NCBI GenBank assembly: GCA_964466945.1
Contig: CAYXPA010000009.1
Span: 37 to 64,036 of the forward strand
Origin: an uncultured Verrucomicrobiota bacterium
Lineage (GTDB): Bacteria > Verrucomicrobiota > Verrucomicrobiia > Limisphaerales > J093
Reading direction: 5' to 3'
DNA: 64,000 bases
A program made the translations under genes and the position numbers. Positions within the stretch are counted from its first letter, which is position 1. Every line of letters begins with the position of its first letter. This document shows, one piece after another, positions 37,394-45,302 of this stretch. The notes under the pieces are model-generated. The model saw only the letters and a list, made by a program, of their open reading frames with translations. It had not been told where the DNA came from and did no database searches.

Positions 37394-38425
37394 ATGCCCA
37401 CTCCCGTTTACCACGCCTCGATCGAGGGCGCCCAACATGGCGCCAAGTCCCTGGCCGAGTTTCTGGCCTACGCCAAACGCTCCGGCGCCAGCGGCGCCCA
37501 GCCGTCCAACTACATGCTCCAGTCTGGCGACGGCTTCAAAAGCGCCCAGGAAATCAAAGACACCTTCGCCCGGGCCGGCCTGAGCCTGGACGGGATTTCG
37601 TGTCACTGCCCGCTGTGGGTCCACACCACGGCGTGGACCGGCAGCCCGAGCATCCGCCCGTTCATCCCTGCCGACGTGGCCAAGAAATCGCCCGCTGAAA
37701 TCGAGCAGTGGGCGGAGACTTACCTGATCAAACTCTTCGACCTGGCTGTCGAGCTGGGCGTCAAGATTCTGCCCACCTTCTGGGGAGTGGCCTTCGGTTG
37801 GGAAGTGGCCAGCGGCTACCCGTGGGGCTTTTGGTCCGGCGCCGACTTCGACCTGATCAAGGAAGGCCAGGAACGCTTCGTGAAGAAGACCGCCCGCATT
37901 CGCAAGGAGGCCAACGACCGCGGCCTCATCCTCTGCCACGAAATCCATCCCGGCACCGCCGCGATGTGCGCGGAGGACTTCAACATGCTGGTCGAAATCT
38001 GCGACGGCGACAAATGCCTGGGCGTCAACGCCGACCCGAGCCACTGCTGGGAAGGCGAAAGCTGGGAAACCCGCTTCCTCAAGGTCGGCCCGCGCGTGTA
38101 CGCCGCCCACATCAAGAACTTCGTCATCCGCCCCGGTATGCCGTTGCGCATGATGGAACCGGCCTGGCCCAAGCGCGCCATGCAGTTCGTGGACCTGCCC
38201 AGCGGCGAGATCAACATGCAACGCTACGCCGAGCTGCTCATCCACATCGGCTACCCCGCCCGCTACAAGCAGGTCATGGGCACCCAGACCGCCCCGCTGG
38301 TCGTCGAGGCCGAAAGCGCCCACAAGGACCTGGACTGGACCAGCGCCAACGGCATCGCCTACGTACGCGACCACCTCACCTGGCCGCCTGCCGCCGGTTC
38401 CTTCGAAGACGGCATGGGGGCCTGA
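37394..38425 (+). CDS. Sugar phosphate isomerase/epimerase (xylose-isomerase-like TIM barrel)
   Basis: 343 aa from the ATG at 37394 (the track ORF starts at an upstream TTG). Blocks ILCHEIHPGT, GVNADPSH and YAAHIKN fit the AP-endonuclease-2/xylose-isomerase-like fold. Confidence 0.83.
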   Translation: MPTPVYHASIEGAQHGAKSLAEFLAYAKRSGASGAQPSNYMLQSGDGFKSAQEIKDTFARAGLSLDGISCHCPLWVHTTAWTGSPSIRPFIPADVAKKSPAEIEQWAETYLIKLFDLAVELGVKILPTFWGVAFGWEVASGYPWGFWSGADFDLIKEGQERFVKKTARIRKEANDRGLILCHEIHPGTAAMCAEDFNMLVEICDGDKCLGVNADPSHCWEGESWETRFLKVGPRVYAAHIKNFVIRPGMPLRMMEPAWPKRAMQFVDLPSGEINMQRYAELLIHIGYPARYKQVMGTQTAPLVVEAESAHKDLDWTSANGIAYVRDHLTWPPAAGSFEDGMGA

Positions 38426-38451
38426 GCCTCGGCCGATTTTACTCCTCCCTT

Positions 38452-38493
38452 AAAAACCAACGGGGCGCCACGCGGCGCCCCGTTTTCTTTTTC
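38452..38493. terminator. Bidirectional intrinsic terminator between convergent genes
   Basis: AAAAACC-AACGGGGCGCC-acgc-GGCGCCCCGTT-TTCTTTTTC. The perfect 11-bp stem has an A-run upstream and a T-run downstream. Confidence 0.7.
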
Positions 38494-38544
38494 GGACGGC
38501 GACGTCTCTGCCACGCGGCAGGCCGAAGCGGCGACCACCAGCGA

Positions 38545-40077
38545 TCAACCGGTGATGAACTTCCGGTGCCGGCCGAATGCCCCGCGCAGCGCGCGCGACA
38601 GCTCATCCTGGAGCGCCTGCAACTCGGCGTACACCGCCACGTGGGCCTTCTTGGGCCGGGTGGTCTGGGCGGGATTCAGCGCCACAAACTCATCCGTGAT
38701 GGTCTCGATGCTGATCTTTTCGCCCTGCTGGTTGCGCCAACACCAGAGCGCCTGCAGGGCCGCCCCGTAGGCCGCGCCTTCGCTCACCTTGAGCGTGACC
38801 ACCTCGGCGTTGAACACGTCGGCCATGATCTGGCGCCACAGCTTCGAGTGGGCGCCGCCACCCGTGGCGCGAATCTGCGTGGCCCGCACGCCCAGTTCGG
38901 CCAGCCGGCGCAGGCCGTAATTCATGCCCAGGGTCACGCCTTCCATCGCCGCCCGGGCGAAGTGCGCCGCGGTGAACGTGGCCGGGCGCACCCCGAAGAA
39001 CACCCCCGTGCCGTCGGGCACGTTGGGCGTGCGCTCGCCCTCGAGGTAGGGCAGCAGCACCAAGCCGTCCGCGCCGGCGGGCGCCCGGGCCGCGGTGCGC
39101 TCGAACTGCGCGTGGTCCATCTCAAAATCCCGCCGCACCATCTCCGTGGCCACGGTCACGTTCATCGTGCACAACAGCGGCAGCCAGCGGTTGGTCGAGT
39201 CGCAAAACGCGGCGATCTCCCCCTGCGGGTCCACCACCGGCCGCTCGCTGCACGCGTAAATGGTGCCGCTGGTGCCGAAGCTGGCGGTCACGAGGCCCGG
39301 CCGGGTGTTGCCGGTGCCGATGGCGCCCATCATGTTGTCGCCCCCCCCGGCGCTCACCAGCACGTCGGGGTTCAACCCCAGCGCCCGGGCCGCGGCCGGT
39401 TGGAGCGTGCCCACCGGTTGGTCGCTGGGAATGAGCGGGGGCAACTTGGCCTCCAAGTCCGGATCAATGGCCTGCAGCACCGCCTTGCACCAGGTGCGCG
39501 TGCGCACTTCGAGCAACGCCGTGCCGCTGGCGTCACCGTACTCCATGACCGCGCGGCCGGTCAGCCACCAGTTCAGGTAGTCGTGCGGCAAGAGCACCGT
39601 GGCCAGGCGGGCGAAATTTTCGGGCTCGTGGTTTTTGAGCCAGAGAATCTTCGAGGCGGTGAAGCCGGGCAAAATGGCGTTGCCCAGCGCGGCGATGGTC
39701 GCCTCAGGGCCGCCCAGGGCGGCGGTCAACTGCGCGCACTCCGCCGCCGTGGAAGTGTCGCACCAGAGCTTGGCGGGGCGGATGACCTGGCCGTCTTTGT
39801 CCAGCGGCACAAAGCCGTGTTGCTGGCCGCTGACGCCGATGGCCCGGACCTCGCCCGCGGTGGCTCGGGCCTCGCGCAGGGCGGCTTTGACGGCCCGTAC
39901 CGTGGCGTCGCGCCAGGTGTGCGGGTGTTGCTCCTTGGCGCCGGGCGGCAGTTTGGGAATGAGGCCGTAAGCGACCGAGCCGGTGCCGACGACCTTCTTT
40001 TTCGCCACGTCCAGGACGAGGGCCTTGGTGGACTGGGTCCCGCTGTCAATGCCGATGACGAGTGTGCGTGTGCGCAT
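38545..40077 (-). CDS. xylB: Xylulokinase (FGGY carbohydrate kinase)
   Basis: 510 aa. Blocks IGIDSGTQSTKALV, GVSGQQHG, LWCDTS and GGGA fit the FGGY/XylB pattern. Confidence 0.88.
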   Translation of the reverse strand: MRTRTLVIGIDSGTQSTKALVLDVAKKKVVGTGSVAYGLIPKLPPGAKEQHPHTWRDATVRAVKAALREARATAGEVRAIGVSGQQHGFVPLDKDGQVIRPAKLWCDTSTAAECAQLTAALGGPEATIAALGNAILPGFTASKILWLKNHEPENFARLATVLLPHDYLNWWLTGRAVMEYGDASGTALLEVRTRTWCKAVLQAIDPDLEAKLPPLIPSDQPVGTLQPAAARALGLNPDVLVSAGGGDNMMGAIGTGNTRPGLVTASFGTSGTIYACSERPVVDPQGEIAAFCDSTNRWLPLLCTMNVTVATEMVRRDFEMDHAQFERTAARAPAGADGLVLLPYLEGERTPNVPDGTGVFFGVRPATFTAAHFARAAMEGVTLGMNYGLRRLAELGVRATQIRATGGGAHSKLWRQIMADVFNAEVVTLKVSEGAAYGAALQALWCWRNQQGEKISIETITDEFVALNPAQTTRPKKAHVAVYAELQALQDELSRALRGAFGRHRKFITG

Positions 40078-40226
40078 GGCTCAGCAAAGGTTGCGTTGAA
40101 GTGCCCGCAGCTTGCGTCGCGCCGCGGGCAAAGTCCAATCGGAAAGGGCCTCTGGCCCGCCGCGGAGCCTCGGCCGCCGGGAAATTCGCGTTTCCCAATT
40201 CTTTCCCGCCCTGCCAGACTGGGCAC

Positions 40227-41669
40227 GTGCAATCGCTTCACGTCTCCCTGATGGCGGGCCTGACCTTCTTGGTGCTCGACACCGGCCGGGCCGGGTCGGC
40301 CGAGCCCGCTGGCGCCTGGCAGCATCTCTTTGATGGCCGCACGCTGACCGGCTGGCGCGCGGCGGAAAATCCCGGGTCTTTCCGGGTGGAAGACGGCGCG
40401 ATGGTGGCCGACGGCCCGCGCGCGCACCTCTTTTACACGGGGCCGGCCGGCGACGCCGCCTTCGGCAGCTTCGAGTTCGAGGCCGAGGTACTCACCCGCC
40501 CCGGCGCCAATTCCGGCATTTACTTTCACACCGCCTGGCAGGAGCGCGATTGGCCCGCGCGCGGGTACGAGGTGCAGATCAACAACTCGGCCACGGGCGA
40601 AGGCGGTTACCGCGAGCAGAAACGCACCGGCAGCCTTTACGGCGTGCGCAATGTGCACAAGCCATTTGTCCCGGACAACGAGTGGTTCCGCGTGCGCGTG
40701 GTGGTGCGGGGGCCGGCCATTCAGGTCTGGGTCAACGAGGTCCAGACCGTGGACTACGTAGCGCCGTCGCCCGGCCGCGGCACCTTCGCCCTCCAATGCC
40801 ACGACCCCGCCAGCCGGGTGCATTTCCGCAACCTGCGGGTGCGGCCCCTGCCCGAGCCCGCCAGCGCGCCGCCCCCCACGCCGGCCCTGGACGAGAACCT
40901 GGCCTGGCTGCACGCGAACAATTACCCGGTCATTGACCTGCACACCCACCTCAAAGGCGGGCTCACGCTGGCGGACGTGCTTCAACGCCAGTACCGCACC
41001 GGCATCAACGCCGGCGTGGCGGTCAACGGCGGCCTGGGCTTCGCCCTCACCAACGACGCCGGCCTGGACCGCGCGCTCGAGGAGTTGCGCCACCCGCTGA
41101 CCTGGGCGGCGCTGCAGGCCGAAGGCCGCGAGTGGCTGCGCCTGTTCAGCCTCCCGGCCATCGCCCGGTTCGACTACGTGTTCACCGATGCCATGACCTT
41201 CAGCGACGACCGCGGCCGGCGCATGCGCCTGTGGATTCCGAGCGAAGTGTTCGTGGACGATCCCCAGGCCTTTATGGACCTGCTGGTCGCGCGCATCGTG
41301 ACCATTCTCGAAACCGAGCCCATTGACCTGTGGGCCAACCCCACCTACCTGCCCGAGGTGCTGGCCGCGGACTACGACCGGCTCTGGACCCCGGAACGGC
41401 GGGCGCGCGTCATCGCCGCCGCGGTGCGGCACGGCGTGGCCATCGAGATCAACGACCGCTTCCGCCTGCCTTCGGCGGCGTTCATTCGCCAGGCCAAGGC
41501 CGCCGGGGCCAGGTTCACTTTCGGCACCAACAATGGCGGGCGCGAGGACTTGGGCGCGCTGCGACACAGCGCCCGCATGGTGCGCGAATGCGGCCTGGAG
41601 TGGTCGGACTTCTGGGTGCCCGGTCAGCAACCCAGTCGGGCCCGACGCGCCCTGGCCGGGGCGCGTTGA
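40227..41669 (+). CDS. Exported DUF1080-domain / PHP-like (metal-dependent phosphoesterase fold) fusion protein
   Basis: N-terminal DUF1080 block (WQHLFDGRTLTGWRA...GIYFH...YEVQI...VHFRNLRVRPL). The C-terminal half begins VIDLHTHLKGG and carries PHP/amidohydrolase-type blocks. The start is either GTG at 40227, which gives a better signal peptide, or ATG at 40251. Confidence 0.72.
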   Translation: MQSLHVSLMAGLTFLVLDTGRAGSAEPAGAWQHLFDGRTLTGWRAAENPGSFRVEDGAMVADGPRAHLFYTGPAGDAAFGSFEFEAEVLTRPGANSGIYFHTAWQERDWPARGYEVQINNSATGEGGYREQKRTGSLYGVRNVHKPFVPDNEWFRVRVVVRGPAIQVWVNEVQTVDYVAPSPGRGTFALQCHDPASRVHFRNLRVRPLPEPASAPPPTPALDENLAWLHANNYPVIDLHTHLKGGLTLADVLQRQYRTGINAGVAVNGGLGFALTNDAGLDRALEELRHPLTWAALQAEGREWLRLFSLPAIARFDYVFTDAMTFSDDRGRRMRLWIPSEVFVDDPQAFMDLLVARIVTILETEPIDLWANPTYLPEVLAADYDRLWTPERRARVIAAAVRHGVAIEINDRFRLPSAAFIRQAKAAGARFTFGTNNGGREDLGALRHSARMVRECGLEWSDFWVPGQQPSRARRALAGAR

Positions 41670-41743
41670 GCGCGCGCCCGCCGACGCTGCGTCCGCGCTT
41701 CCCCGTTGCCGCCCGGGCGGGCTTCTGGCTCACTCGCCCCGCC

Positions 41744-42856
41744 ATGTCGTCCGCCGCGTTCGCCGTCCCGCTCAACCCCGGCCTCGCCCGCCTGCCGGTG
41801 TATCAACCCGGCCGGCCCATCGAAGAAGTGGCCCGCGAACTGGGCCTGCCGCCGGGAGACATCATCAAGCTCGCCTCGAACGAAAACCCCCTCGGCCCTT
41901 CCCCGAAGGCCCTCGCGGCCCTGCGCGCGGCGCTGGACCGCCTCCACCTCTACCCCGACGGCAGCGCCTACTACCTCAAGCGCCGCCTGGCCGAAAAACT
42001 CGGGCTCACCCCCGCGCATCTGATCCTGGGCAACGGCTCGAACGAAGTGCTCGAACTGGTTGGCCACGCCGTGATTGCGCCCGGCACGGAGGTCGTGGTG
42101 TCGCAGTATTGCTTTGCCGTTTATCCCATCGTCACCCACCTCTTCGGCGGCACGCTGGTGGAAGTGCCCGCGCGGGGCCTGGCCCACGACCTGGAGGCCA
42201 TGCGGCGCACCGTCACGACCCGCACGCGCGCGGTCTTTGTGGCCAACCCGAACAACCCCACCGGCACCCTGGCGCCCGCCGAAACCGTGCTCGAACTGGT
42301 CCACCGCCTCCCGCCCGAGGTGCTGCTGGTGCTCGATGAAGCCTACCTCGAATACCTCGAACAACCGCTGGACCTCTTGCCCCTGATCCGCTCCGGTGAG
42401 TGCCCCAATCTGTTGCTCACCCGCACCTTCTCGAAGATACACGGCCTGGCCGGGCTGCGGATCGGCTACGGCATCGGGCACCCGGACTTCGTGGCCGCGC
42501 TCGAAAAAATCCGCGAGCCCTTCAACGTCAACGGCCCGGCCCAGGTCGCGGCCCTGGCGGCGCTGGACGACGCGGAGCACCTCGAACGCACCCGCGCCAA
42601 CAACGCCGCGGGCCTGCGCCAGCTCGAGGCGGGCTGCCGCGCGCTGGGACTCGAGTTCGTTCCCTCGGCCGCGAACTTCCTGCTCGTGCGCGTGGGCGAC
42701 GGCCAGCGGGTCTTTGCCGCGCTGCAACGCCGCGGCGTGATCGTGCGGCCGATGGGCGGCTACCGCCTGCCCGAGTGGGTGCGCATCTCCGTGGGCACGC
42801 CGGCGGAAAACGAGGAATGCCTGGCGGCCTTGCGGGAAGTGCTGGCCGCGTCGTGA
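41744..42856 (+). CDS. hisC: Histidinol-phosphate aminotransferase
   Basis: 370 aa from the ATG at 41744. Blocks KLASNENPLGPSP, NPNNPTG and TRTFSKIHGLAGLRIGY (PLP-lysine region). Confidence 0.92.
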   Translation: MSSAAFAVPLNPGLARLPVYQPGRPIEEVARELGLPPGDIIKLASNENPLGPSPKALAALRAALDRLHLYPDGSAYYLKRRLAEKLGLTPAHLILGNGSNEVLELVGHAVIAPGTEVVVSQYCFAVYPIVTHLFGGTLVEVPARGLAHDLEAMRRTVTTRTRAVFVANPNNPTGTLAPAETVLELVHRLPPEVLLVLDEAYLEYLEQPLDLLPLIRSGECPNLLLTRTFSKIHGLAGLRIGYGIGHPDFVAALEKIREPFNVNGPAQVAALAALDDAEHLERTRANNAAGLRQLEAGCRALGLEFVPSAANFLLVRVGDGQRVFAALQRRGVIVRPMGGYRLPEWVRISVGTPAENEECLAALREVLAAS

Positions 42857-42890
42857 CGCTGAGGCCCGCGACTTGACGACACCGGGCGAC

Positions 42891-43020
42891 CCCCGGTGGG
42901 GCGTCGAGCCCAGCTATCACTCCCCGGTGGGGCGAGACTCTGTCGAGCCCAGCTTTAGACCCTTGGTGGGACGAGACTCCGTCGAGCCGAGCTCTATCGA
43001 GCCCGGCTCCGTCGCACCCT
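42891..43020 (+). repeat. Degenerate tandem repeat (about 39-nt unit, 3-4 copies)
   Basis: The core GGTGGG(G/A)CGAGACTC(T/C)GTCGAGCC(C/G)AGCT recurs at about 42895, 42926 and 42965, with a further partial ATCGAGCCCGGCT. It is intergenic after hisC. Confidence 0.5.
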
Positions 43021-43190
43021 GCTTGCCTCGCGGCCGGACGCCGCCTTCCGCTTCCGTCTGCCTCTGGCAGTTTGTCCGGCGCCACGGCCCGAGCCGCGCA
43101 CACCGGCCGCTCAAGCTCCCATCCGCGGCAACCCGGGAGCCGCCCGGGATCGCATCCCAGTTTCTGGCAACGGGTCGCCGAACCGATGCC

Positions 43191-43323
43191 GTAGCTCAGA
43201 CTTCCGAGTCTGCTGTATCGCGGATTTCCAATCCGCCAACGCGGCGAACTTACGGACGGTAGCGACCGGTCTGGGCCTGCCGACTGGAAGTCGGCGATAC
43301 GGCAGGTTGGAAATCTGCGCTAC
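43191..43323 (+). repeat. Palindromic MITE/REP-like element, copy B1
   Basis: GTAGCTCAGACTTCCGAGTCTGC...GGCAGGTTGGAAATCTGCGCTAC. It has the same architecture as copy A. Confidence 0.75.
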
Positions 43324-43367
43324 AACAGCGCGGCGCGCATGAGCGATTGGCGGGACGAGATTGCGCC

Positions 43368-43501
43368 GTAGCGCAGACTTCCGAGTCTGCTGTATCGCGG
43401 ATTTCCAATCCGCAAATGCCGCGCCCTGCCGGACGGCTACATCTGGCCTTGGCCCAGCGACTGGAGGTCGGCGATATGGCAGGTTGAGAAACCCGGGCTA
43501 C
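43368..43501 (+). repeat. Palindromic MITE/REP-like element, copy B2 (tandem with B1, 44-nt spacer)
   Basis: GTAGCGCAGACTTCCGAGTCTGCTGTATCGCGGATTTCCAATCCGC...GGCAGGTTGAGAAACCCGGGCTAC. The right terminus is slightly degenerate. Confidence 0.72.
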
Positions 43502-43602
43502 GCCCGGAATCCCAACCCGCTGTAAATCAAGAGGCGCCCGCCGCCCGGTTCGCCCCCTTTTGCCTTCACCGCCGGCCCGGCCCGGCGCACAGTATCAGGC
43601 CG

Positions 43603-45009
43603 ATGCGTAACCGTGGTTTGTTCCTCGTGGCTCCCCGCCTCACGCCGGTCCTGGACCCCGCGTTCCGACCGCCGGTGTTGACCCACCGCGCCTTTCAGGC
43701 GCTGGTGCAGACCAGTGGCGCGCCGGTGCCGGTGGCCGTGGCGCTCGAACAGGCGGACGGCTCGGTCTTCCGCTTCGCCACGCAGGTGTTGCCGGCCAGC
43801 CACCCCGAGGCGGCGGGCAATTTCTTCTACCTCGAACGCTGGGTGAAGTTCCTGCTCTGGTCGCGCGGCGGCTGGCGCCTGCACGTGGCCGGGCCGCCCG
43901 AGTTGGTCGAGGCCCTCCAGCGCCACTACCGCGAGAGCCCCGCCGGCCGGTTCGACGCGGAGATGATGGGCGCGCGCATCTACGAACGCCCCTTCACCGT
44001 GCAGGTGTGCCGGCCGGAGGAGCTGCCCCCCGAGCGCACCACCTCGCGCCCGCTGGGCCGGCACCTCCAGGGCTGCCGTATCGGCTTCGACCTGGGCGGC
44101 AGCGACCGCAAAGTGGCCGCCGTGCAAGACGGCCGCGTGGTATTTAGCGAAGAGGTCGTTTGGGACCCCATCCGGCAAAGCGACCCCCAGTACCACTTCG
44201 ACGGCATCATGGACTCGTTGCGCACCGCGGCCGCCCACCTGCCGCGCGTGGACGCCATCGGCGGCAGCGCCGCCGGGGTGTACGTGAACAACCGGGTGAA
44301 GGTGGCCTCGCTCTTTCGCGGCGTGCCCGGCGAGTTGTTCGACCGTCGCGTCAAGGACCTGTTTCTCGAAATCCGCCGCGCCTGGAACAACGTGCCCTTC
44401 GAGGTGGTCAACGACGGCGAGGTCACCGCCCTGGCCGGCGCGATGGCGCTGGGCGACAACGCCGTGCTCGGCCTGGCCCTGGGCACCAGCACCGCCGGCG
44501 GCTACGTCACCCCGGAGGGCAACATCACCACCTGGCTCAATGAACTGGCCTTCGTGCCCGTGGATTACCAGCCGCACGCTCCGGTGGACGAGTGGTCGCA
44601 GGACGCCGGCACGGGCGCGAAGTATTTCTCCCAGCAGGCGGTGGGGCGGCTCTTGGACGTGGCCGGCATCGAGGCGCCCCCGGGCCTCGGCCTACCGGAA
44701 ATCCTCAAGCACGTGCAGGCGCTCCTGGCGGCGGAGGATTACCGCGCCCGCAAGATTTTTGAAACCATTGGCACCTGGCTTGGCTACACCGTGGCCCACT
44801 TCGCGGATTTCTACGACTTCCGCCACCTGCTGGTGCTGGGCCGGGTGACCAGCGGCGAGGCCGGCGAGATGCTCCTGCGCGGCGCGCGGGCGGTGCTCGA
44901 GGCGGAATTCCCCGAGCTGGCGGCGCGCCTGACCCTGCACCTGCCCGGCGAAACCGAGAAACGCCACGGCCAGGCCATCGCCGCCGCCAGCCTGCCCGCG
45001 CTGGATTAA
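43603..45009 (+). CDS. ROK-family sugar kinase-like protein with an N-terminal extension of about 150 aa
   Basis: 468 aa. The core is GFDLGGSDRKVA...VNDGEVTALAG...GLALGTSTAGGYV, matching ROK/glucokinase-type ATPase motifs. Confidence 0.82.
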   Translation: MRNRGLFLVAPRLTPVLDPAFRPPVLTHRAFQALVQTSGAPVPVAVALEQADGSVFRFATQVLPASHPEAAGNFFYLERWVKFLLWSRGGWRLHVAGPPELVEALQRHYRESPAGRFDAEMMGARIYERPFTVQVCRPEELPPERTTSRPLGRHLQGCRIGFDLGGSDRKVAAVQDGRVVFSEEVVWDPIRQSDPQYHFDGIMDSLRTAAAHLPRVDAIGGSAAGVYVNNRVKVASLFRGVPGELFDRRVKDLFLEIRRAWNNVPFEVVNDGEVTALAGAMALGDNAVLGLALGTSTAGGYVTPEGNITTWLNELAFVPVDYQPHAPVDEWSQDAGTGAKYFSQQAVGRLLDVAGIEAPPGLGLPEILKHVQALLAAEDYRARKIFETIGTWLGYTVAHFADFYDFRHLLVLGRVTSGEAGEMLLRGARAVLEAEFPELAARLTLHLPGETEKRHGQAIAAASLPALD

Positions 45010-45302
45010 CCCCGGGAAACGGGATTGCACGGGAGAGCGCGCGCGCCCCGCGCGGACGCAGCGCTGGCACCTCCGCGCGAGGACTTCTTGGCCGGTGGCC
45101 GCCACCTTGGGGGTGTACCTGGCTCGGCACCCCCCGTTTTGGAGTCAATCGGCGCCGCCCGGCCGTCCCACTCCACCGCGCCGGCAACCGGGCCTTCGAG
45201 TCAAATCGCGGACCGGGCGCCCAACCTTCGGCGATTGCGACGCCATGGGGCGGGTGCTTGACTGAAGGGGTGCGCTTTCCCGCAGGCCAATCGGTTGAGC
45301 CC

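Noticed and set aside
37708-41630. 847-aa plus-strand (37708-40251) and 634-aa minus-strand (39726-41630) ORFs
   Set aside because: These are shadow ORFs across the isomerase, xylB and DUF1080-PHP genes. The opposite-strand or other-frame products are clearly recognisable enzymes.
43191-43501. Possible CRISPR array (two similar roughly 134-bp units with a spacer)
   Set aside because: There are only two copies. The units are far longer than CRISPR repeats, internally palindromic and bounded by terminal inverted repeats. The same unit occurs singly at two distant loci, and no cas genes are present. It is interpreted as a MITE/REP-like element instead.
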